In this document: piece by piece, positions 11,297-23,294 of the stretch | How the letters are laid out: every line of letters begins with the position of its first letter | Position numbering within the stretch: position 1 is the stretch's first letter | DNA from: Dipteris shenzhenensis | Lineage: Eukaryota | Length of the DNA: 64,000 nucleotides | Reading direction: 5' to 3' (one strand) | Assembly (NCBI GenBank): GCA_047967505.1 | Contig: CM106538.1 | Position numbers and translations under genes: made by a program | Notes under the pieces: model-generated | Told to the model about the DNA's origin: nothing | Databases searched by the model: none | The model's input: the letters and a program-made list of their open reading frames with translations, nothing else

Positions 11297-13415
11297 TATG
11301 ACACCGTTCCGAGAGCCCACCTCATATGATGCCTACAGGATTTGAGTTACGACCAGGAGATCATTTGGGCTGTCATGGCACTTTATGAGCGAGTTTCAGG
11401 CAGAGTCCGGACAAGATCGGGATGGACAGACGAGATCATGAGCACTATTGGGGTCAAACAAGGGTGTCCATTATCACCTACCTTGTTTGGTCTCTACATT
11501 GACGAGCTCGAGACAATGATGCAGACACAGGGGGGGTAGGTTGCTCTCTCACGGGCACGCTGATCCGGATATTACTTTATACAGATGACGTGGCTCTCTT
11601 GTCTTCCTCAGCAGAGGAGCTCCAGAGACACCTTGACGCACTACAATCCTTTTGTGAGTCTCAGGATTTGAAGGTCAACTTGGGTAAAACCAAGGTTATG
11701 ATCTTCAATACATCTCGAACCGTCATGCGCCAGGAGCAGTTTGCATTTGATGGGTCCGCTGTTGAGGTAGTTTCATCATATACTTATCTTGGGGTCGTCT
11801 TTTTCGGACCCATCTTCACTATGAGACCCGCGATGCATGCATGCCTGAGCAGAGGATATGCTTCATCAGCTAGACTAGAGAGGCAGTGCTTCCGCTCTCA
11901 CTTTCAGGATCCATGGACCAAAGGGTTGCTTTTTGACTCCTTGGTCTGTCTAGCAGGGATGTATGGCAGTCCATGCTGGGGGCCAGACTTGTCGGATACA
12001 GAGTGGGCCAAGGTGGAGCGGCTACAGGTTCTCATGTCACGGATGATCCGTGGTAAGCCATCCGTCCCTCACCAGATCATTCGGGCGGAGTTTGGGTCCA
12101 CCTCATTATAGCTAGATGTTGCATCTCAGGTCATTTCGTATATGTACCAAGCCAGGGAGTATGGGGATTACACATCCAGACGTAGCAAGATACCATGGCT
12201 AGCACTGTCCTCTTCTATGGCACTTGTAGCAGGGGGGGACCAGAGGTGTTGGTATGCACGCACAGAGAGATGGTTTGCAAGGCTAGGGTTCCACATGGAC
12301 AGACTATCTTCTTTCGAGCACATCATGAATGCTCCTTCTCTCCCCTCCTATCACACGAGGTCAACCAGGTTATCCGTGAGGATCTACTACAGCTACACAC
12401 ATTCCGGACTTGGTTGGGCCCGAGTGATCTTCCAGTGCAGCTGGGCTTCTACAGAGATCACTTCTTACATATCACAGCGGAGGGTTTCATTGATCCACCA
12501 GGATACATGCAGATTCCCCTACCCCACTCGCTGAGGATCTCTATTGGGCAGTTCCGGGTCTCTTCTTACAGACTTCGTATCGAGAGCGGCAGAGCAGAGC
12601 GGTTACCCAGGGAGAGGTGCATATGCACACTGTGTGACATGTAGGAGGTTGAGACAGAGGAGCATTTCTTCTTCAGGTGTCCCATTTACTATGAGATCCG
12701 AGGGCGCTTCTACTGCCTCTTCAGAGATAGTTATGGGATGTTGGCTGTGTCCTCTCCTACCGAGACCAGTGATGTTTGGTTGGTTTCATTCATGAGATGC
12801 TCAGACACCGTGATAGGATACTCCGAGCACAGAGACAGGAGTAGACTTCTCCCTCGACTGATACCTCTCAGAGCTCTATCACGGAGTTCTTTCAGCGAGA
12901 TCACATAGACCCCCACGAGGCCAGACCTCGACATGACCGTCGTGACCTGGAGCCTGTGACCCGACAGCTCAGATAGAAGGTTGACTTACAGATTATACTT
13001 GGGGACATCCCCTCCTTGTTTAGGGTCGGAGCCTGACTGATGAGGGTCATAGTGGTCCTGGTTAGACGCAGAGCTACGACCAGGAGACGTACCAGGACTG
13101 CACCCTTGGGGGGGCGACAATGCTCTATTGTTGACCTCATGCCTCCACTTCCACAGCCTCATCCATCGTGATGTCTTGCTACTACTGCTGATGATGATTA
13201 TGATGATGCCGATGATGATGCTGAGATTGATTGATATATATAGTCGAGATATGACTATGTTGTACTTAGGATTTAGTACTGCCATTTTGCATTTTTTTGC
13301 ATTCTGCATTGGTGTGGGTGCTCGTTCAGTAGCTCCACTACCACAGCTCATTGTATCAGGTTTTTCACAGTCTCATAGACCCATCGGTCTTCCGAAGACT
13401 TTAATAAACTTTCTT

Positions 13416-13453
<38 letters not shown>
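11297..13453 (+). mobile_element. RTE-X-like LINE, 5'-truncated: RT domain, C-terminal CCHC region, 3' UTR and (TTTC/TC)n tail
   Basis: GVKQGCPLSPTLFGLYIDELE, LLYTDDVALLSSSAEELQRHLDAL, SYRLRIESGR..RCICTLC..EVETEEHFFFRCPIY. Contains stops and frameshifts. Tail at 13411-13453. Confidence 0.9.
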
Positions 13454-13455
<2 letters not shown>

Positions 13456-13479
13456 GACCCCCCTCCCCCTTGCCCCTCT

Positions 13480-14443
13480 ATCCAGCTCACATACCATGAG
13501 GTGAACTAGGTCAACAGAGAGGATCTCCTATAGCTATACAGATTTAGGACTTGGTTGGCACCTCGTGAGCTCCCTGTGAAGCTCAGCTTCTATGGAGACC
13601 AGTGCCTATGGATCTCAGCAGAGGGCTTCATCGACCCTTCAAGATACACATGGATACACCTACCCTACTTCGGGAGGATATCGAGCAATTTCGGGTCTCA
13701 TCACACCGTCTCCGTATTCAAGGTGGTCGCGGAGAGGGTCGCATATGCACCTTGCACGATTTTCGAGAGTCAGAGGAGTATTTCGCTTTTAGATGCCCTG
13801 CATACTACGTGATCATAGGTCGCTATCATTGCTTTTTCAGAGATGGTCTTGCATTCCTACCCTGTCTCTTGTCCTACCCAAACCAGAGGTGCATCATGCA
13901 TGGTAGCCGTCTTCCATGATGACATCTTACACAAGGAGTGGTTGCTCAGGGCACGTAGGGGAGATCAAGACACATCTCTAGACTCCACTTGGAGCACGAT
14001 CATTGTGTTTTCCCAGCTAGTTAGCACCGATCAACAAGACTCATAGAGGCGGTGGTTGCGAGGACCTGAGCCAAAGTAGAGACACATCAGATTTGTCAGG
14101 GTATTGAGGCATAGATCACATTAGGGGACCTTCCTTACCTGCTCATGCGATCGGAGGCACAACCCACGGGAGTGATGGTGGCAGTTGTTCGCCGCAGGAC
14201 TACAACCAGGAGACTGTAGTGGACTATACATGTCGATAGTTGTCACTGCCCTATCACAGGCTGTATGCCACCACAATAGCCTCACACATCGACGCTCCCT
14301 TCCTCGGGTTGATGTCCTCGTCGGCTCCCACTTCAATTTTGGTATCAATTGTATCAATTTCTTTTAGTCTCATAGACTCTTTTGGTCTTCTGAAGACTTT
14401 TAATAAACTTTCTTTCTTTCTCTCTTTGTCTTTCTTTCTCTCC
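13480..14443 (+). mobile_element. Older, diverged RTE-X-like LINE 3' fragment
   Basis: QFRVSSHRLRIQGGR..ICTL..ESEEYFAFRCPAY, with the same 3' stem-loop, AATAAA and TTTC tail. Confidence 0.85.
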
Positions 14444-15994
14444 ACCTAACTTATATCATTTTCCAAGAGATCCACTTTGATCATAGACTAGCCCTTTGTT
14501 ATATTGCATGTCTTTACTGTGCTTGATAACCTCGATAATATTCCTCTACTAGAGGATAGAGCCTTCCTTATCACCTGTTGCCTACATGATGCCGCTCTCC
14601 AGTCTTTCCCTCACACCACGAGATATATTGGCCCTCCACCCATTGGATAGGTCCCTTGCAATAGCTGATATGATGATGAGTGTAAGACCTTGTGCTGTCT
14701 AATCAGGCTTGAGACCAAGCACCATCTTCTGACTAAGGTAGAGACCAAACAAGGTTATCACAATCTTGTTTGCTAGAAGAAAAGAGACTTTATTTGCCAA
14801 AATAAGAAAGAATTACTAAGCATTTTGTTCATTTTGTTGAATTACTAAGCATTTTGTTCATTTTGTTAAGTAATAACTTCGAGAACTTCTGGTGAAAGTT
14901 TATTGAGTGGAGGCTCACACTTATGCACGCACTCTTTATGACATTGCCCATTATCTGAGTTCATTGGCCTAAAGTAAAGCATGGGCTATGTGCCAAGGCA
15001 ATATGTGGCTCAACTGGTGGCAGCCCTAGAGGATGACCTTGCAGTGGACTTTTGAGAAGGCATTTGAGTTCCAGTTGAAGGCACTGTGCAAGGGACAAAC
15101 CAAATGCAAGCTTGGTACCCATCTTTGCATGCTGCATTACAGGCTCACAACGGGCCAAGTACAGTGGCCAAACACAATCCTAGCACATGGTGGAGCAGGT
15201 TCATCAAGAGCTAAGGAGGAAGAACAACGCTTGAGAAAACAGGGCTAGGAAAGAGGAGTTCGATTTCCCATGGCTGGTTGTTCCATTCAGCAGTAGACAG
15301 ATGACCACCTCAGGGGGTGCTGAGAGTTCACAGAGAGAAATGGCTGTGCCTGTCCTCCCCCAGGCCTGGATGAGCATGGTAAACAGAGGGGCCCACCCTT
15401 CCTGTAAAAGGATGCCGAGGCTACAGTTTACCGAGCAGGTGACAAATAAGAGAACGCGTTGTAGTACCAAACGATAGCACGGTGTGTAAGCTATATAGGC
15501 AGGTTTGATTCACACCTATGTTGGTGCACAGGAGATATACCATGTAACTTGGACTATAAAGGGTTTTTCTTGTAGATTTAGCCAGCACTTTCACTTTTCT
15601 ATTGCCACATAAGCATATATTTGCTTTAGTAAGTATGAATTTTCTTAATCATGAGCTATTGCGATAGGTTGCTCTGAACCTATGGTTGAGAGCTGTGCAA
15701 TCAAAATATACTTATGTGTTTTTCTTTTGACATTATGGATTTATGTCAGTGGTTGTGATCCTTTCTTTTTCCTGATTGTCAGTTGTGAAAGTAGAAAGAA
15801 CTTTTGTATTCTTGGACTAATGAAATAAAAATAAATTGGTGGCTGAATTCTTTCTTATACTATTGCAGCAAGTAGACTTAAGTACTCTCTATTTGCCCAA
15901 GCTACTACACGAAATGGTTTCAGGACAATAATCTGTAGAGTTTCTTTTCAAACAGATCCATACACTGTTCAACTGATATATTGTGTTTTCACAG

Positions 15995-16451
15995 GCGTTA
16001 CTTCGGTCATAAACGTACTATACGACCAAATGCAAGGCGATTGGGAGCTCTTTTCCTCGCCAAACCCAATATGACATGGGATGCTTTTTCATCAAAGGTG
16101 CAGAAAGTGCAAAAAGGATTTATGGGAGAGCCAAATGAAATGAGACCAGGAAGAGGACAATTCTTCGAAAATCCTGCTGCTTGTATCTGTGAGAATACAG
16201 AAGCAAAAGATAAATTGACAGACTTTCAGGATGGACGGAAGATAGTTCAAAAGGATATGCAAGATGAGGAGCAACACGAGGATCCTAATATTGAACCTGA
16301 AGATGACGATGATGTGGACCAAGAGGACACTGAATCAGACTTGGAGGAGGAGAGTCCTTTCGTGCAACAAGAAGACTCAGGAAAAGTTGACCACCTGCTT
16401 GGGAGGGTTGAAGATGTGGAGCCAGATGAGAGTTCATGGCTGTCAGACTAG
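15995..16451 (+). CDS. Terminal coding exon of a plant O-fucosyltransferase family protein (DUF246/GT106)
   Basis: Acceptor ttgtgttttcacag at 15994. Translation RYFGHKRTIRPNARRLGALFLAKPNMTWDAFSSKVQKVQKGFMGEPNEMRPGRGQFFENPAACICE matches the family C-terminal motif, followed by an acidic tail and TAG. No disabling lesion. Confidence 0.85.
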
Positions 16452-17139
16452 CTAAGGCACTCTATGCAGTGTTTTGGCATGCAAATGGATGACCACTTCC
16501 TGAATCCCTTGAAGTGTCTGATGCTTATGGTGAGAGTTATTCATCATGATGGAAGAAAGCAGAACATAGATTATTCAAGCTTTGGTAAACCTCACTGCTA
16601 CAAAGACTGAGAAAACTGCTTTTGGGGACACAAGATATTGTAGCTGAGGTATTTTGCGAAAGAGGGTCGTTATGGCCATGAACCTTGGCTATTTTTGGAA
16701 AAGAGAAGAGCACGGAAGGTGCAATCTGGAATTTCTTCTGAGATTACTACAGAGGGGAGTGCATCTACAGAGGGACTACTAGTTGGCCTCACCACTTGCA
16801 TGTGACCTGATTTGGCCAGATCTCTAATCATTGTAGTTTCAGATTTTCTTTGTAAAGCTTTTTGAGGACATAAAAAATGAGTTAGCTCCATTGTCTTTGT
16901 ACAGGCATAGAAAATGAGATGGCTTCCTTTATATTGTCTTCTGGGATTCAAACTTCCCTTTTAGTTGAGGCCAATTTTACAAAGTTCCCTTGTGGTAGCT
17001 TCATTGTTTCTCTCTAAAAGGTTCTCTGTGGAGAAACATCAAATGCTTTTTGGTAAATCATTCCAAGATCAACTTAATCTCTATCTGGCTGTGTTACGCT
17101 CATATATTCTTTTGCTTTGATGCCCTGTTTATCAAACAT

Positions 17140-19250
17140 TGTAAGGAAGCAGGCTTCTGGACAGTCTTGCTTTAATAAGTTACTTTATCTTCCCAGGTCC
17201 AATTGTCTGCCGTGTGCTTGTCCTGAAAGAATTAGCTGGCTCATAGAGCAATAGCTAGTCATTGTCGTGCTTCGTATTTTGGATCAAGTAGCCATCTCAG
17301 GAAGTGTTGGAGATCAGGCAATGCTCTATTTGTGAGCCTCCAAATGAGGACTTTAGGCCCACGATGGGTGGTTTTACTGTTGGGTTTGTCGGTCACCTCC
17401 CCACTTGTGAGCCCCCAAATGAGGTGAAAGGACATGGGGGAGGTTTACCAGCAGGGCTTCAGATAGGCCACATGGGCAGCATGGACAGCAGGGAGAGCTG
17501 TCAGATGACTGCAACTGAGTCAGCACCAGTGAGGAAACATTGCAAGGAAGCAAGGCGGGGCTATCAGGGCCATGTCAGAAGGCAGCAAGCAGGTCTGCAG
17601 ACTTGTTGGAATGTGGGGCCTTGTGAAATATGCATGACTAATGGAATTGGAGGGGTGAAAAGACTCCTTGGCATGTGCGTTGACATGTGGTCTATAGTAT
17701 TGGGGACTTAGCCCCATATGCAAATAGGGGGTAAAAGGATCCTTGGATAGGAGACCTTCCGGAGTCATCCCCTTCCGGGACTCTGGAGGCCTGCATCGCT
17801 ATTGGGCAGGGTTTGGGACCACCGCACCCAATCGTGCTATCTGCCACGATTTCCTACAATGGTATCAGAGCAGGTTTCCTGCCTGTGGACGTGATTTGGC
17901 CACGTGTTTCTTTGGCATGAAAGCCTGTGTGGACTGCCAGTTGAACTGCCTCTGACAACGGCGGCTGCTACTGTACTGAACTGTTACTGTGCACACGTGA
18001 GAAGTGGCAAGCCACGTGTGCTTCAGCTGCAGTAGTGTGATTGATCAGTCAGGGGCAGCTGTTGCTGTGTGGGCAAAGCAAAGAGATAGCTGTGCATGCT
18101 TGTTGACTGAATTCTGTTGCGCAGAGGTGTTCGGAGCAGTCTATGGCAAGAATGTTTGAAGGCAGCTGGTGCAGGAATTGATAACCTGCGTGAGTTGATA
18201 ATGTTCGTTAGCTGTCCAGTTGTATTTGATTGGCTGACCCGGTCCTTTGTGGTGGTCGCCATCGTTTGTCTTACCCGGCCCTGTGTGGGTGGTCAGAGTT
18301 TGGCTGGCTGATTTGGCTCTGTGTGGGTGATCAGTTGGTGCTTGGCTGGTCAGTTCTGTACTCTTGGTGTCAGGCCCATGGGGGGGTTTTGGAATGTGGT
18401 GTCTTTTGTGTGGTCCTAACCCCCCTCCTGAGACCTAGTAAATATGTATGACTGAGAACTTCAAGAGCAAAAAGGCTCCTTGTGTGCACATCGACACATG
18501 GCACTGGTATTGGGGGCATAGTCCAATATGCAAATAGGTGATGGAAAGCTCCTCCGATATAAGAACTGATGAGATCCTCCAGAGTCATCCCCTCCCAGGA
18601 CTCTTTGGTGAGTTTGGAGGCATGCATGAGCTGGTTGGAGGTGATCTGCAGGTCAGGGCAGGCAGCTAACATGCAGTAGACAGGCACAGGTACAGCACTG
18701 CCACACGCCAGCCAGGCTCAGGACAAAAAGAAGAGTTTGTGGCTGTAGGGTCAGGTCGGGTTAGTCTACAGAAGTTGAGCAGATTTCCAGGGCTCCAGCC
18801 CTATATAAAGGGCCCCAGGGGGTGCGTTCCACATTCCATTGTGCAGCGTCTCTGGTGACCTACTTTTGGCTGCCAACACAGTAGCAGGAAGGTCCAGAAC
18901 AACAGTAAGAGGTCGTCAGATTGGGCTGCCTAAGCAGCAGCAAGGACAGGAATCACAAGAGACTTTTGTCTCACGATTGGCTGTAGACGGAAGCAGCAAG
19001 GAGGTGAAGGGTCGTGCAGCAAACACTGCCTTTACGTTTGGGTGTCCATCGGAGCAGCAGCAAGGTGTGTTTGCAGGGCATCACCGACTGAAGCTCTAGG
19101 AGGGCATGCGGCTGAAGAGTGTTTTGAAGGTGCCATGAGGAGGTAGGAGAACAGGCTTAGAGTCACAGGGGTACATATCTGGGCAGCACCCTGTTGCTAG
19201 AGTACTGTGCATATGTTTTGTGTATGGTTTTGGTCCATCTTTGGGTAACA
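17140..19250 (+). mobile_element. Orphan LTR (17140-17858) with PBS and non-coding downstream/LTR-like sequence
   Basis: TGTAAGGAAG...ATTTCCTACA termini, then TGGTATCAGAGC at 17860-17871. 18480-18605 is a diverged repeat of 17670-17785. No partner LTR or pol is present. Confidence 0.7.
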
Positions 19251-19289
19251 CATATTATTGTCTCTAGTCTCTCTTGAGCATTGTCCAAT

Positions 19290-19293
19290 TACT

Positions 19294-19325
<32 letters not shown>

Positions 19326-19554
19326 TTCTCACACACACACACACACACACACACTATCCCTTCCTCCATTGGTTGGCTACTTGCTCATTAGATCTCCCCT
19401 CGACAACCCCCCCTTAATTTCCCTAATTTCTTTTCCCTCAAACTCCCTTGTTCTCCCCTTAATTTGTCTCTAATTTTCTCCGTATTTTTTTCTCAATCTC
19501 CCTTGTTTTTCCTAATCTCTCTCTCTCTCTACCCTCTCCGAGTCTCTCTCTCTA

Positions 19555-19605
<51 letters not shown>

Positions 19606-20853
19606 GCGCGCGTCTCTTCATTTCTCTCCCTAACCTCATTTCTCTCTCTCTCACTTCATTTCTCTCCCAAACCTCATATCTCTTCATTTCCCTCCCAAAC
19701 CTCATTATCTGTCTTACTAATACTCCCTTAATTTTTATTTTTTCATTTTTCTTTAATGTTTTCTCACTAACTAAACCCCCCTTCTCTCCCTAACCAACTC
19801 ACACTCTAACCTTTCCCTAACTACCCTAAACTAATTCCTATTCCGTCAACCTAACCCCCTTAAAATTTAATTTCCCCCTTAACTTTTTATCCTTGATCTC
19901 CTATTTTTCCTCTAACTTTTCTAATATTTTTTTCCCTAAATATCTCCCTATCTTGTCTCTAACCTCCTTTTTTTCTCTTTAACACTTCCTAATTTTTTCT
20001 TATTTTTTCTATTATTACTCTAGCTTTGTCCTATGTTCTCTTTTTTGATTTTCTAAACCACCAACCTTCCCCTGTTCCCCCCCAGCCCCACCCCAACTAT
20101 TCCGTTATTTCCCCCTTTCTACTTTTTTCTTAAATTTGAAACTCTCTCACACCTTTTTTGTTACTCCCCTCCCCTTCCCTCGTTTTTCTTCTCGCTTCCC
20201 ACGTTTATCCTAAGCCCTTACTTATATATCCCTCTCCTCGATCATTCATTCAATCCCACTGTCGCAGTGCTCTCCTTGGTCCCTTGGGCTTCCAAACTCT
20301 CGATCTCCATGCCACATGATTGCTAGATCACATCATACTCCGTTTTCCTCGATTGCGTTGCTGCAAATTGCAGTATTAATTGGCCTCCGCTCACATTAAT
20401 TCTCTGACTCCATATTCCCACCTACTCGCTATCTCCCTCAACTCATGCATGCACTTCGACTCTTTTTCGACCCCAGACTACACCCAATACCCAGCTATCT
20501 AAACCCTTGTGTTGCTTGCCAGAAAATGTACTCCCTCACACGACCTCCTTTATTGACAATACCTTTTGCCATCTTTCCTCATGGCCTACCACTTACTCAT
20601 GCCTCCCATCCTCTTGACATTGGAACTATGTGATCTTCCATCCACGCCTCGCACGAATGGACGTGACACGCATAGGTCCTTTCCTCTCCCTTTGAACTTA
20701 TGCATTTGTCTTTTAAACTCTCGTGCTACCCTCTCCCACCCTTCTCTAAAACTTTTTCAAAATCTCTTATTTAATTTTCCCTCGTTCTCTTCCTTTATTT
20801 TTCCTTTCCTCCTTACAAACCTACTCCTAACTCCTTTTCTTCCTTTCAAACTT

Positions 20854-20906
<53 letters not shown>

Positions 20907-21041
20907 CCTTTCTATTTATTCCCTCTTAGCCTCTTCCAAACTCTCTCTCTCTCTCACTCTCTCTTCCCTTTTCCTCTCTGCCTAAAAAATCCCTTTCTCT
21001 CTATCACTCCCTCTCTCCAAAACTCTCTCCCCCCCACACCT

Positions 21042-21088
<47 letters not shown>

Positions 21089-23290
21089 CCCTACCCCTCT
21101 TTCCTGCTTCATTCATTAAAGTCAATTGGGGCTCTCCTTAAAAAATAAAATCCAAACACCCCTCTCTAGTTATAATGAAATTACTTTTATATTTTGCTCG
21201 TTCCCCCCTCCCACTACTTCATTCATTATAACCTTCCCCTTTCTTTTCTATTAAATTATATTAAAATTCTCCCTCCTTCCCACAATCCCCTTTCTACAAA
21301 GGTTCATAATTTCTCTCTAGACTGATCGTATCACCCAAACAAATCTTGTTTTTACATTTAAGCTTGATAAGTGTATGGCAAAGTATTGATTTTTATTGTG
21401 ACTTTAATAACAAGGGAGAGGTGTTTATGACACCTGTCTTCCCAACTAAAGTCAAAACTGGTTCTCACTATTTTGCTTGTTGGATGGTGGTAGGTAGGCA
21501 GACTCCCCTCTTCAATAAAAGTGATGCTTGCCAGGACTTATCCAAGCTCAACTTCCATACAGTTTTCACACAGTCATTTCTACAAAAGTACCCATTGCTA
21601 GTTTCCTTTATAAATAGGGATTCACCAACTTGTACAAACTTTTTCGTTAATGCAATTAGTCCTATTTCATTATCTAGCTTCGCTCTTTTGTCTTTTCACC
21701 ATGCAAAGGGGTGTTGTAAAATCTTCCACACACACACTATCCCTTTCCCACTTTACAGTTAATTTACTTTTTATTCCTTCATCCTATTTATTTCCATGTT
21801 TAATTTCCCCCCCTCCCTTCCTTCTCTCCATCCCCTCTGAATTCTCCCTAGTTTTCTTCTTTATTTTCCTCTAAATTTGCTAAAATTTTTCTTAAATTTT
21901 TCATATAAATTTTTTCTAATTTTCCTAAACTCCCTTCCCCCCTCTTTATTTTTCCCTATTTTTCTCCTTTATTTCTTCCTAATTTTGCTTAAATCTTGCT
22001 TATTTATTTTTTATTTATTTCCTACTTATGTTTTCTTATTTTTATTTATTTATTTTCTTTTTTTCTAATCATTTTTTAAAATTTTCTAAAACTTCTAATT
22101 ATTCCCCTAATTTTTTCTAAACTATCGGTTCCTCTTATTAAGTGGTTAATTCTATCTAAACTACCTTTTTCTAATAGTAGACTGATTAGTTTTTTCTAAA
22201 AATTATCTTTTCCTAGTCTTTTTTAAAACTACGTGCCTCTCCCTGACCTAATCCTCTCGACTACCCCTTGTCTCCTCTTACTTAAACCCCTCACACACTC
22301 CCTATTTACTCCCCTACCCGTACCCCTTCTGCCCGCAATCTACTATCTACACTATCCTGTGCCCACGGAGTCTCGTAACCCCTCCACCTGCTCGTTGTAC
22401 GGCCTGCCTATCCAATCGCTTATCGTATTGCTGACTACTCGCCTCTACTGTTCACAGACTGCTCCTAATCCCGTAGCTCCTCGCCTCTAAGCCTCCCGAA
22501 GTCCCAACCCTTACTGCAACACCGTAGCCTATGCTCTCTAGTACTAGGCTAGCTGCGATGCCCTTGCTAACCCCTCCCACCTTGCTCGATGCTCACTGCT
22601 GTGTCTGGACTATCGACGTACATTGCGTACTAATTCCCACGACAATCTATTCCCTACGGATTCCTAGGTTTCAAAAATTCCCCCCATTTTTTCACTCTGG
22701 TTTGTCATAATTCTCTTGTATTGTATTTAATTACAACCCCCCTCCCCCCCCTAGTTCCAAAGTACTCTTAGCTTTTTTCCTCAAATCCCCTAGTTCCAAA
22801 GTACTCTTAGCCCTTTTTTTTCTCTAATTTTTTCCTTCCCTCCTTACCCTTAAATTTTTTCTTTTTTGGCATTTCCCCACTTTAATTGTTTTAATCCTAA
22901 CTTATCTTTCTTTATTCTAATGTCCCCCTCCCCATTTTTTTTTTCAACAAGCATCCTTACCCCATTTTCTTTCCCTTAATTTTTCAGCTAAACTTCCCCT
23001 CTAATTTATCTATAATACCTATACCCATCCCCCAATTTTCTCCTTATCTTTCTATTTCCCTTCACCCAACTCGCACACTATTTCTTTATGCTTTGAATTA
23101 TCTCTTTTCAATTTCTTCCCCTTTCGTTGCTTTTTTCACTCCTTACAAAAAACCCCCCGATCTTTCCCACCTATCACACTTTCACCTAACCCCTCCATTT
23201 CACTATCCCTCCCCTTATTTTTATCTAAAGGATTTCTACTAACATTTTCTTTCTCATATCTAATATTTTGTTCATAAAACTTAAATTGCT
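19290..23290. repeat. Unclassified pyrimidine-skewed element, copy 1
   Basis: Extreme C/T skew on +, with (CT)n and (CA)n tracts. Shares a ~370-bp normal-complexity core (21390-21760) with 56380-56760. Confidence 0.55.
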
Positions 23291-23294
23291 CTTC

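Noticed and set aside
14681-14762. Short TG..CA segment as a solo LTR
   Set aside because: No TSD and no related copy in the window.
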